The position numbers and the translations under genes were made by a program. This document shows, piece by piece, positions 56,213 through 64,000 of a DNA stretch of 64,000 nucleotides. The notes beneath the pieces were generated by a model. That model saw only the letters and a list, made by a program, of their open reading frames with translations. It did not search any database and had not been told where the DNA came from. The stretch is from a virus: IMG/VR virus record IMGVR_UViG_3300046002_005110, positions 16,943 through 80,942 of that record. One strand, written 5' to 3'. How positions within the stretch are numbered: position 1 is the stretch's first letter; each line of letters opens with the position of its first letter.

Positions 56213-57377
56213 CAAATCATCTGATCTATTTTGTTACGCTCCTTGGACTCATTTATATGTTAATCCAGATAGTAGATTATTGCCATGTTGTTTGTATGAG
56301 GATAAGAATCATGAATTTTCAGTATTAAATAATACTCATTCAATTTTAGAATCAATGAATCATCCAAGAATGATTCAAATTAGATCGGAATTTATACAAC
56401 ATAAAATTCCTGCAGGCTGTTACAAATGTGAGTCTCAGATGAAAATGAATATGACTCCTTATAAACAAAAAATAAATAATATTGCTGAGTCTTCTGATAA
56501 ACCAATTGAAATACTACAAGATGGAACAGTTGAACATTTTGAACCATTGTACTTGGATATAAGATTTGGAAATTTATGTAATTTAAAATGTTTAACATGC
56601 AGTCCTACTTTTAGCAGTAGCATTGCGGTTGAATTCAATAAAATACATAATAGAAAAAATAAAACTCTACATAGATTAGATCATGAGATTATAGACGAAA
56701 TTTTTAATGATCTAGTTCAGGTTAAAGAAATATATTTGGCTGGTGGTGAACCACTGATAACTGAAGAAAACTATAATCTACTGAATATCTTAATAGAACA
56801 TGAATTAGATCCAAGTTTAACCTATAATACTAATTTGACAAACATTCAATATAGAGATAAGCAGTTGACTGATCTATGGAACAAATTTACTAATATTACT
56901 GTAATTGTTAGTTTGGATGGTTATAAACATGTCAATGATTATATCAGATATGGATCTGATTATGATTCAGTTATTAATAATATTTTGACAGTAAAGCAAC
57001 AGACGCCACATGTCAAAATAAAAATAAATAGTGTGGCTAGTGTAATGAGTATGTTGTCTCTTCCTGACTTGGGACAGAATCTATTGTCAACACATATATG
57101 TTCCGCCAAAGATATTATGTATAGTATTGCTCATCAACCAGAAAATATGGATCCCACGGTTTTACCATTGGATAAAAAAAATCAGATTGTAGAACGATGG
57201 GAAAGTTATATACTATGGCTAACTGAAAACAATCATGATTATGATTATATAGATCGTTGTCGTGGGTTGATCAATTATATGATGAGTAAAGATAATTCCA
57301 TAAAATTTGAACAGATAATTTATAAACTTCAAGAAACTGATCGATTCAGAAATTCTGATTATAAAACTATACTATGA
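56205..57377 (+). CDS. Radical SAM enzyme with N-terminal twitch-like domain (8)
   Basis: FCYAPW..PCC..CYKC; CNLKCLTC; LAGGEP. Confidence 0.9.
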   Translation: MNNKSSDLFCYAPWTHLYVNPDSRLLPCCLYEDKNHEFSVLNNTHSILESMNHPRMIQIRSEFIQHKIPAGCYKCESQMKMNMTPYKQKINNIAESSDKPIEILQDGTVEHFEPLYLDIRFGNLCNLKCLTCSPTFSSSIAVEFNKIHNRKNKTLHRLDHEIIDEIFNDLVQVKEIYLAGGEPLITEENYNLLNILIEHELDPSLTYNTNLTNIQYRDKQLTDLWNKFTNITVIVSLDGYKHVNDYIRYGSDYDSVINNILTVKQQTPHVKIKINSVASVMSMLSLPDLGQNLLSTHICSAKDIMYSIAHQPENMDPTVLPLDKKNQIVERWESYILWLTENNHDYDYIDRCRGLINYMMSKDNSIKFEQIIYKLQETDRFRNSDYKTIL

Positions 57378-57430
57378 ATTATAATGACTTTTGTGTATTA
57401 CCGTTCATTCATACTATTGATAGATTCTGA
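57374..57430 (+). pseudogene. N-terminal stub of a deleted ninth radical SAM gene
   Basis: ATGA overlap then MNYNDFCVLPFIHTIDRF*; FCVLPFIH is identical to the start of the 52765 enzyme. Confidence 0.75.
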
Positions 57431-57479
57431 TTCTCCAGAATGTATTTATATTAATAAATATATCACATGGAGTAATATT

Positions 57480-57578
57480 ATGTTTATAGTCAAATTTTTC
57501 AAACGTCTGATCAGAGAATATAGATTTAAAAAACGTCTAAAAGAATTACGTGAAAAAGATCCATTTATATACAAATGA
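57480..57578 (+). CDS. 32-aa basic peptide
   Basis: MFIVKFFKRLIREYRFKKRLKELREKDPFIYK; TAAATA 57455-57460, SD GGAG 57469-57472, ATGA coupling to next gene. Confidence 0.65.
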   Translation: MFIVKFFKRLIREYRFKKRLKELREKDPFIYK

Positions 57579-58516
57579 TACATTGGGGAGTAAACGCATT
57601 AAACCACGGACATGGTATTGCCGTATTTAAAGATGATAAATTTATTGACAATTATGTTGGTCAACATGATCAAATATCAAGTTTAAACATTGATTTAGCA
57701 CTTGAACACGGAACTCCTGACCGAATTTTTTGGTATGAAAATCCTTGGATAAAAAAGGCTCGGCAAATATATGCTGGTCAATATAATAGGGCATTTGATT
57801 TTAGTGTATTACCAAAAAATTATATGAATCTATATACATCAGCGCCTATTACGTATACTTCACATCATTCTAGTCATGCGGCGGCTGGATATTATACAAG
57901 TCCATTTAGTAACTGTGCAATTGTGGTTCTTGATGCAATAGGAGAATTTGAATGTGCTACAATTTGGCAAGCTAAACACGGTGAATTACATAAAGTATGG
58001 AGTCGCAATTATCCACATAGTTTAGGATTATTTTATAGTGCATTTACTAAGTTAGTGGGACATACACCAATCAAAGACGAATACTTATTACAAAACATGG
58101 CAGAATTGGGAGATTCTACCAGATATTATAATCTCGTATTAACATATATGAATGGTCTGATTCATTCTCAGAAGAATCTTCATCGTGGTATATCTGATTG
58201 GCCTCACGAGATTAAAAATTTGCAAGATAAATGTGACATTGCTGCATCTGTTCAACAAGTATTTGAAATTCAAATTGAATCAGTTATGATAAAAGCCAAA
58301 CAGTTAACTGATGCAGATTCATTAGTTTACATGGGAGGTTGTGCTATGAACAGTAAAACGAATAAAGACATTGTAGAACCAATGTGGAAATATATATGGT
58401 CATTGCCGAATCCGGGTGATGAAAGTAGTGGTATTGGTTCAGTATTATATCATACTAAAAATCGTATACGTAATTATCAATGGAATTCAGTTAAACATAT
58501 TACTATCAAACTTTAA
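57575..58516 (+). CDS. Carbamoyltransferase (NodU/CmcH family) N-terminal Kae1-like domain only
   Basis: HHSSHAAAGYYTSPF, VVLDAIGE, HSLGLFYSAFT, DIAASVQ, GGCAMN, PGD; stops before the C-terminal YrdC-like domain. Confidence 0.8.
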   Translation: MIHWGVNALNHGHGIAVFKDDKFIDNYVGQHDQISSLNIDLALEHGTPDRIFWYENPWIKKARQIYAGQYNRAFDFSVLPKNYMNLYTSAPITYTSHHSSHAAAGYYTSPFSNCAIVVLDAIGEFECATIWQAKHGELHKVWSRNYPHSLGLFYSAFTKLVGHTPIKDEYLLQNMAELGDSTRYYNLVLTYMNGLIHSQKNLHRGISDWPHEIKNLQDKCDIAASVQQVFEIQIESVMIKAKQLTDADSLVYMGGCAMNSKTNKDIVEPMWKYIWSLPNPGDESSGIGSVLYHTKNRIRNYQWNSVKHITIKL

Positions 58517-58521
58517 AACTT

Positions 58522-59151
58522 TTACTTACGCCAGATACTCATGTATCTGGTATATTGATCAGTATGAAATTGTCCTGAAAATAATGGATTATATACATTG
58601 TTCATATTCTCAAAGTCATTTAAACTTTGACTACATCTAATATGTTCTGAACAATCAAAAAAGTTATTGCCTTGAACCACTATTAAACTTCCTGGACAGA
58701 TCATGTTAAACCAGTGATCATAAGTAAATTGATCTACATGTTCACTACTAGTATTGATTACTACATCACTGGTAATACCCCAATCATAATCATATGATTT
58801 CATATCATTGGTAATAGCCTTGAATCTCCACTCATCCATTTCATATGGTTTATTGATCATATCTGCTATTGACTCACACCATGGATCCAGATCAATGCTA
58901 CGAATCTTTTTAACTGGCAAATGTTGAAACATCATACTGGCCAATATTCCAATCCATCCTCCAAATATATATACATTACTTGGTTGATTCATATATTGTT
59001 TTAATGTGTTTACTAACCAGGCTTTACTCTGAAGTTGTCCGGACCAAGTAGCGTCTAGAGCGCGAGTACGTTCGTCGTCTGGTAGATTTCTAATAGCATT
59101 AAACCAATATATCAAATCATTGGTATTGATGGTGAGTGATTGACTTGTCAT
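58522..59151 (-). CDS. Class I SAM-dependent methyltransferase-like protein
   Basis: VYIFGGWIG glycine loop, IRSIDLDP acidic motif, DVVINTSSEH. Confidence 0.7.
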   Translation of the reverse strand: MTSQSLTINTNDLIYWFNAIRNLPDDERTRALDATWSGQLQSKAWLVNTLKQYMNQPSNVYIFGGWIGILASMMFQHLPVKKIRSIDLDPWCESIADMINKPYEMDEWRFKAITNDMKSYDYDWGITSDVVINTSSEHVDQFTYDHWFNMICPGSLIVVQGNNFFDCSEHIRCSQSLNDFENMNNVYNPLFSGQFHTDQYTRYMSIWRK

Positions 59152-59156
59152 ATATA

Positions 59157-59192
59157 TATTTATTTTTGGTTACATGTATTATAAAGTAAATA
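59157..59192. promoter_or_regulatory. Back-to-back putative late promoters (TAAATA - 59157-59162; TAAATA + 59187-59192)
   Basis: Each lies exactly 5 nt before an ATG (59151 minus; 59198 plus). Confidence 0.55.
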
Positions 59193-59197
59193 TTAAC

Positions 59198-62047
59198 ATG
59201 GATAATAATGAGTTAGAACGTAGACGTAAATTGTGGGAACAAGGATTTTGGGAAATTCCAGATGATATAGACTGCGATAAATTTGATTTTAACTGGCGTC
59301 CATACCCGTATGATCGTCCATATGTTCACGAATTTGGAACTCAATGGCAACGCACGGGCGGGCCAAGATTTGTAGTTCCTGAATATGAAGGAATAAAATA
59401 TCGTACTGAACAACAGTCCAAAAAGATACAAAGCAAAATAATTCCTAGTAACTTTAAAGTTCTAGTTGATGATAATATAGAATTTGATTATAGTTGGCAT
59501 CCAGATAATACAGAACCTCCATTTATTTGGGTATTTGGCAATCAACATTTAAGTTCATCTGAAATGCCAACTGTTGAATATCATGTTACTGGAGCCACTG
59601 AAAGAAAATTTGTCACTGATGTTTCTGCCAGAATTATTGGAGATCCTCAGTGTTGGAGAGTATTAATTCCTGTTGATTCTACATTTGACTTTAACTGGAC
59701 TCCACATCCATATGATCCTCCATATATATATGTTTGGGGTAACAAATGGAATGATGCTACTATTGAGCCAACAGTTGAATATCATATGTCTGGAGCAACT
59801 GATCGTAAGTATATAACTGATTCAGTTGCCAATTTAGAACCTACTAAAGATAATTGGACTGTATCAAATCCAGAAGATAATAGTAGTTTTGATTTTAGTT
59901 GGAGACCAAATCCATTTAGTCCACCTCAAATCTATCAATGGGAAAATAATGGTCCAGTATATACTGTTCCAAATGCTACTGAAATTGTTTATATGACTAG
60001 AGAAGATTCTAATGACATTATTGCCAAATATTATGTTACAACTACATTAGAAGATTTGATCGAACAACATTCAACAGAAGTATTCTGGGCATTGAACCGT
60101 GATTTGAATTATGATAAGTTTGATTTCAATTGGAAACCAACATCAGATAACTTCAGACATATAAATGTATTTGGAACTTCATTGAGTAAAGATGTAGCCA
60201 CATACTATATTAATGGACCAATTTGGAGTAAAGGATTCAGAGAACTTAACTATATAGACTATGAACTTGATATTGTTACTGATCTAGATATGTTCTATGT
60301 CAATCGTGGAAATAATTCAGATCAGTTTGATCAATTGAAATTACAATTCCCACAACTACAAAAAACCAGATATGCCAGTAGCTGGATTGATACTATCAAT
60401 CGTTGTATAAAGAAATCATCCACCAAACTTATATGGATATTAAGTAGTGAAGTAGACTATAGTGAGTTTCAGTTTGATTTTTATCCAAGTCATTGGCAAC
60501 GCAACATGATTCATGTATTTGGTACTCAGTGGTCACATTGGGGAAATACATATATGATTAATACTGAATCATTTGAGACAGATACCAAATATCTAAAACA
60601 GATAGAACATGTCAAGAATATTAATTTTGTTAGACGTAGACGAGCCAAGATATCACAATGTCTACATGACATTGTTTATATTGATTTTGGAAATAAATCT
60701 GATTCACTATATCAATTACAAGACAAATGTGATGGTCATCAAATAACAGTGTTGTCATATGATAATAGTTATATTGAGACATTGACCAAGTGGGTCAATA
60801 GTAAATCAGAATATGAAATCAAACAAGAACATTATGTTTGGGTTTGTTCTAGTTTGTGTGACTACGAGAATTTTGATTTTACTTGGGTAGGAGACCCATT
60901 TCAATTTAATCAAGTACATGTATTCTCAAGTAAATTTGAAAACTCAAGACAAAAGTTTGGTGATACATTCTTTATCAATATAAATGAGTTCAAGAAAGAA
61001 AGTGAAGACTTAACTTCGCTTGAAGCTTATAGTAAATCTGTAAATTACATTGGACATATAACAGTTCCCAGATTAAAACATCCTGTTATTGAACATGATT
61101 ATGATAGTCAAGCAGATGCTATTATGAAAATTTCTAATAGAAATTGGCCGTACTATGAATTAATTAATGGTAATTCTGCTTCTGAAAATAAGCAAAATGT
61201 AGTTCCTAATATGTGGGATTCTCGTGATCATCAGATAATTATTACTAGTACGGGATCATCACGAATTTTTGTTCCTGATATATCAATTGATATAGTACAG
61301 TCTGAAGTATATGATTATCCAAACATAAAGATGTCTGAACAATTAGATGAATCCAAATCATTGGACATTGTATTCTTTAGTAATGGAGAGCCAAATGCTG
61401 ATGAAAACTATGATCAAATACTGAAAATAGTATCAGATCAAAGTTTATCTAATAGAGTAGTCAGAGTTAAAGATGTAGTTGGACGAGTTGCCAGTCAACA
61501 TGCCGCGGCCAATGTCAGTAATACTAGTTGGTATTTTTTAGTTAACGGTAAACTCAAAGTAAATCCAAAATTTGATTTTTCATGGCAACCAGATAGATTA
61601 CAGAGATCAAAACACTACATCTTCATGGCAACAAACCCAGTTAATCATTTAGAATACGGTCATCAGGCTATTGTAGCAAACAATAAACGATTGACATTAT
61701 TAACTGACGTTCGTGGTCTAGACTTTACAATGGATAGTGCACATGAAGTTGTAGATATGAATTCTGGAGTTGCTATTTATAATACTGATAGTTGGACTAC
61801 TTGGAGAACTGCATTTAGAGAATGTATTAAACTCAAACATTATAGTGTTGTCAATGACAATCAACAGAACTTGGATCGTTTGAATACTTGGTTAACTGTT
61901 GGTGATGGTAAAAATGGACAATGGAGTACTGGTGGGGCATATGATGCCATGGAGTACTATGAATCAGTTAATGGTGAATTGTCAGAATTAATGAAATCTT
62001 ATGATTGGGCAATGTTGAAAAAACTTTACGATAGTAAGTATAGTTAA
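59198..62047 (+). CDS. Multi-repeat glycosyltransferase-like protein
   Basis: Eight F(D/Q)(F/Y).(W/F).P-type repeats; C-terminal domain homologous to 45699 protein (LDIVFFSNGEP, HAAANVS, NPVNHLEYG, WRTAFRECIKL); start 59198 inferred (track gives 59174). Confidence 0.6.
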   Translation: MDNNELERRRKLWEQGFWEIPDDIDCDKFDFNWRPYPYDRPYVHEFGTQWQRTGGPRFVVPEYEGIKYRTEQQSKKIQSKIIPSNFKVLVDDNIEFDYSWHPDNTEPPFIWVFGNQHLSSSEMPTVEYHVTGATERKFVTDVSARIIGDPQCWRVLIPVDSTFDFNWTPHPYDPPYIYVWGNKWNDATIEPTVEYHMSGATDRKYITDSVANLEPTKDNWTVSNPEDNSSFDFSWRPNPFSPPQIYQWENNGPVYTVPNATEIVYMTREDSNDIIAKYYVTTTLEDLIEQHSTEVFWALNRDLNYDKFDFNWKPTSDNFRHINVFGTSLSKDVATYYINGPIWSKGFRELNYIDYELDIVTDLDMFYVNRGNNSDQFDQLKLQFPQLQKTRYASSWIDTINRCIKKSSTKLIWILSSEVDYSEFQFDFYPSHWQRNMIHVFGTQWSHWGNTYMINTESFETDTKYLKQIEHVKNINFVRRRRAKISQCLHDIVYIDFGNKSDSLYQLQDKCDGHQITVLSYDNSYIETLTKWVNSKSEYEIKQEHYVWVCSSLCDYENFDFTWVGDPFQFNQVHVFSSKFENSRQKFGDTFFININEFKKESEDLTSLEAYSKSVNYIGHITVPRLKHPVIEHDYDSQADAIMKISNRNWPYYELINGNSASENKQNVVPNMWDSRDHQIIITSTGSSRIFVPDISIDIVQSEVYDYPNIKMSEQLDESKSLDIVFFSNGEPNADENYDQILKIVSDQSLSNRVVRVKDVVGRVASQHAAANVSNTSWYFLVNGKLKVNPKFDFSWQPDRLQRSKHYIFMATNPVNHLEYGHQAIVANNKRLTLLTDVRGLDFTMDSAHEVVDMNSGVAIYNTDSWTTWRTAFRECIKLKHYSVVNDNQQNLDRLNTWLTVGDGKNGQWSTGGAYDAMEYYESVNGELSELMKSYDWAMLKKLYDSKYS

Positions 62048-62050
62048 TTA

Positions 62051-62692
62051 TTAGAAATGAGGAACAACCCAAGGATCAACGATAACTGGAGTGCCATCAT
62101 CTCTTTTCATAAAGTTTTGATCATGAAGATCCAAAACCCAATCCTTGGTATTTCCAATTTTATTTAACTTTTTAATAGTTTTATATAATTTATCTACACC
62201 CGCGGGCCCAACTAATTTATCTAAATCTTCAAAGGCCATTTGAATATTTGAACCATATTCTACTGGTATTAATTTTATAAATGTTTCAAAATCACCGTTT
62301 TCTTCAACATCATCAGCCATACCCGCTAATAAATCACCAGTTCCCTGATCAAGTTGAAATAAGAATTCTTGACGTATTTGTAAATAACGATGACCTTTAA
62401 ATATGAAACTGTCATACCCATAAAATTTTGGTAAAAATGGATTGTCTTTATTTTTATCGCAAAACTTAGCCCATTTGAAAAACATCAGATGATCTTCACT
62501 AAAACTATCACTATCTTTTTGTGTTCCAAATACTTTTAAAACCATATTAGTTCCTGGTTCTAAGTAGGCACTTTGATCAACACCCGCTTTCAAGAATTTA
62601 TATCCTTTCTTTTCAAGAGCACGTCTAATACCAACGTCTGTTTGACTGTATTCTTCCAGTTCTTGTTCGGGTATAAATTCTTGATATTTCAT
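62051..62692 (-). CDS. Protein kinase-like protein (T7 gp0.7-like) with T4-type capsid-targeting N-terminus
   Basis: G-loop KAGVDQSAY, VLKVF, DLHDQNFM catalytic loop, PVIVDP; starts MKYQEFIPE. Confidence 0.75.
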   Translation of the reverse strand: MKYQEFIPEQELEEYSQTDVGIRRALEKKGYKFLKAGVDQSAYLEPGTNMVLKVFGTQKDSDSFSEDHLMFFKWAKFCDKNKDNPFLPKFYGYDSFIFKGHRYLQIRQEFLFQLDQGTGDLLAGMADDVEENGDFETFIKLIPVEYGSNIQMAFEDLDKLVGPAGVDKLYKTIKKLNKIGNTKDWVLDLHDQNFMKRDDGTPVIVDPWVVPHF

Positions 62693-62693
62693 A

Positions 62694-62987
62694 TTAACCG
62701 TTTAAGATTGATGTTACTTTAGCGATTAAATCGGCGTTTGCCCATGTATCACGAATAGCATCATATTCATCATTTTCCCAAACAGTTACGCCGCGAGTGG
62801 ATGACCCACGAGTTTCAGTTTCTCCATTTGGACGTTCTTCGGTAATAAATGGTCCCAATTCAACTCTAACATGAACTTTACGATTTTCAATTTCTTCTTG
62901 AATTTCACGAATTCTAAACTCATTTGTTACTTGTCTTTCTGATAAAACTACTTCATTAGTTAATGATTGTGTACCTAAGATAGCCAT
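62694..62987 (-). CDS. Hypothetical protein
   Basis: 97 aa, SD AAGGA, TAAATA at 63015-63020. Confidence 0.7.
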   Translation of the reverse strand: MAILGTQSLTNEVVLSERQVTNEFRIREIQEEIENRKVHVRVELGPFITEERPNGETETRGSSTRGVTVWENDEYDAIRDTWANADLIAKVTSILNG

Positions 62988-63061
62988 TTTATTTCCTTTT
63001 AAAAATGATACAAGTATTTATTCAATTTTTTGTTAAAAAAGAAGTTTCATTTATTTTCATA

Positions 63062-63709
63062 TTATAGAGCCCATGGATCAAGAATAACTGGTGTGCCATC
63101 TCGACGCATCATGATGTTGTCACCGTGAAGATCATAGGCCCAGTTTTTTTGATTCGCAATATTGGCAATATCTATCATTGTCTGATAGAACAATCTCAAG
63201 TCTTTGTCATCTATTTTCTCTTTTATTTGTTTCCATGATGCTCTGGTGTCAGCATAATTATTATTAGTGTACTTTTCGTCCATTGTCTCAAACGGAACTT
63301 TGCGTCTGGCCATCATGGCCATGGATTCTATTGTTCTTTTTTGATCTTTTTCCAAGTCATATAATCGTTCTTGACGAATCTGTAGATAGACTGAACTGCC
63401 CCAATGAAAACTTTCAATGCCTGAAAACTTTGGTAGAAATTTATTATCAGAATGCATATCGCAATACTTAGACCAATAATATGCCATCTTTTGATGTTCA
63501 TTAAAATTGGTCTGTGGTTTGCCATTCTTTTTCACAACATCTGCCCCGTCTCCAGTTCCAAATATTTTGAGAATTTGTCCAGTTCCTGGTTCTAAGAATG
63601 CAATCGCATCATCTCCACGACCTTTCTGTTTATAACCTTTTTTCTTGAGAGCATCAATAATACCTGGATCTATGTGACTTTCTTCATTGATAATTTGATT
63701 GATTTTCAT
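63062..63709 (-). CDS. Protein kinase-like protein, paralog of 62051-62692
   Basis: GRGDDAIAF, ILKIF, FLPKF, YLQIRQE, DLHGDNIM, PVILDP; start moved to MKINQIINEE at 63709 (TAAATA 63717-63722). Confidence 0.75.
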   Translation of the reverse strand: MKINQIINEESHIDPGIIDALKKKGYKQKGRGDDAIAFLEPGTGQILKIFGTGDGADVVKKNGKPQTNFNEHQKMAYYWSKYCDMHSDNKFLPKFSGIESFHWGSSVYLQIRQERLYDLEKDQKRTIESMAMMARRKVPFETMDEKYTNNNYADTRASWKQIKEKIDDKDLRLFYQTMIDIANIANQKNWAYDLHGDNIMMRRDGTPVILDPWAL

Positions 63710-63733
63710 GATATAGTATTTATCCAAAATCTC

Positions 63734-63762
63734 TTGACTGTTATGTATAATTATGAGATAAT
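63734..63762 (+). promoter_or_regulatory. Sigma70-type promoter (probably leaderless)
   Basis: TTGACT-N17-GATAAT with TGn extension, 6 nt before ATG 63769. Confidence 0.6.
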
Positions 63763-63768
63763 CATTAA

Positions 63769-63954
63769 ATGAGCGAAGAAAACATTTTTGATTTTACTGG
63801 TTTACCACCACCAAAAAAGAAAAAAGAAGTGGTTGATGATGTTAGAAATATCTTAATTCTAGAATTGCCAGGAACTAAAGATGGTGAAATGAAACTTAAG
63901 AAGATATATGAAGAACTTACTGAAAGAGGATTCAAGTGCAAACTTATGAATTAA
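63769..63954 (+). CDS. Hypothetical protein
   Basis: 61 aa ORF behind sigma70 promoter. Confidence 0.6.
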   Translation: MSEENIFDFTGLPPPKKKKEVVDDVRNILILELPGTKDGEMKLKKIYEELTERGFKCKLMN

Positions 63955-64000
63955 CACTTAAATGTGATGCTCCAGAAGACTTTTACGTTATCTCTTCTCT

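Noticed and set aside
46643-57377. Queuosine/7-deazaguanine, MoaA or anaerobic RNR activase pathway
   Set aside because: No QueC/QueD/FolE/DpdA, MoaC or NrdD genes in window; domain architecture differs
57384-57479. Upstream start for the DPFIYK peptide (64-aa version in ORF track)
   Set aside because: Overlaps the radical SAM scar; promoter motif and SD point to ATG 57480
46643-57578. RiPP biosynthetic cluster
   Set aside because: No convincing precursor peptide, RRE/PqqD domain, protease or exporter; neighbours are sugar-tailoring enzymes. Not fully excluded
1-64000. Stop-codon reassignment as in some large phages
   Set aside because: Genes tile densely and run to expected lengths in the standard code, including a 12.4-kb ORF

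Overview
64 kb of an AT-rich (roughly 30% GC by eye) large T4-related myovirus genome, standard genetic code, no tRNA, CRISPR array or intact mobile element seen. 1-7.8 kb (minus): acidic prohead core/scaffold-like protein (partial), gp20 portal and two paralogous tape-measure-like proteins carrying different cell-wall hydrolases (M15 peptidase, GH19). 7.9-9.5 kb: gp26-like chaperone with a probable -1 frameshift, then a ~500 nt non-coding block of mirror-arranged hairpins (origin candidate) and a GC-richer structured segment. 9.5-14.4 kb (minus): Holliday junction resolvase, gp46/gp47, gp55 late sigma factor. 14.6-43.5 kb (plus): baseplate/tail module (tube initiator, gp53-like, hub, gp5, gp25, GIY-YIG scar, gp6, a 4137-aa wedge protein, fibre proteins). 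43.5-62 kb: the most unusual part, a tail-adjacent island with putative late promoters encoding three GT-A glycosyltransferase-like proteins, eight tandem radical SAM enzymes (plus the scar of a ninth), a half carbamoyltransferase, a methyltransferase and a 957-aa multi-GT-repeat protein. I infer a virion glycosylation/modification pathway, with a neighbouring fibre whose repeat region has 17/17 Asn in N-X-S/T sequons as a possible substrate. 62-64 kb: two T7 0.7-like kinases with T4-type capsid-targeting N-termini. All family assignments are from motif recognition by eye, not database searches.
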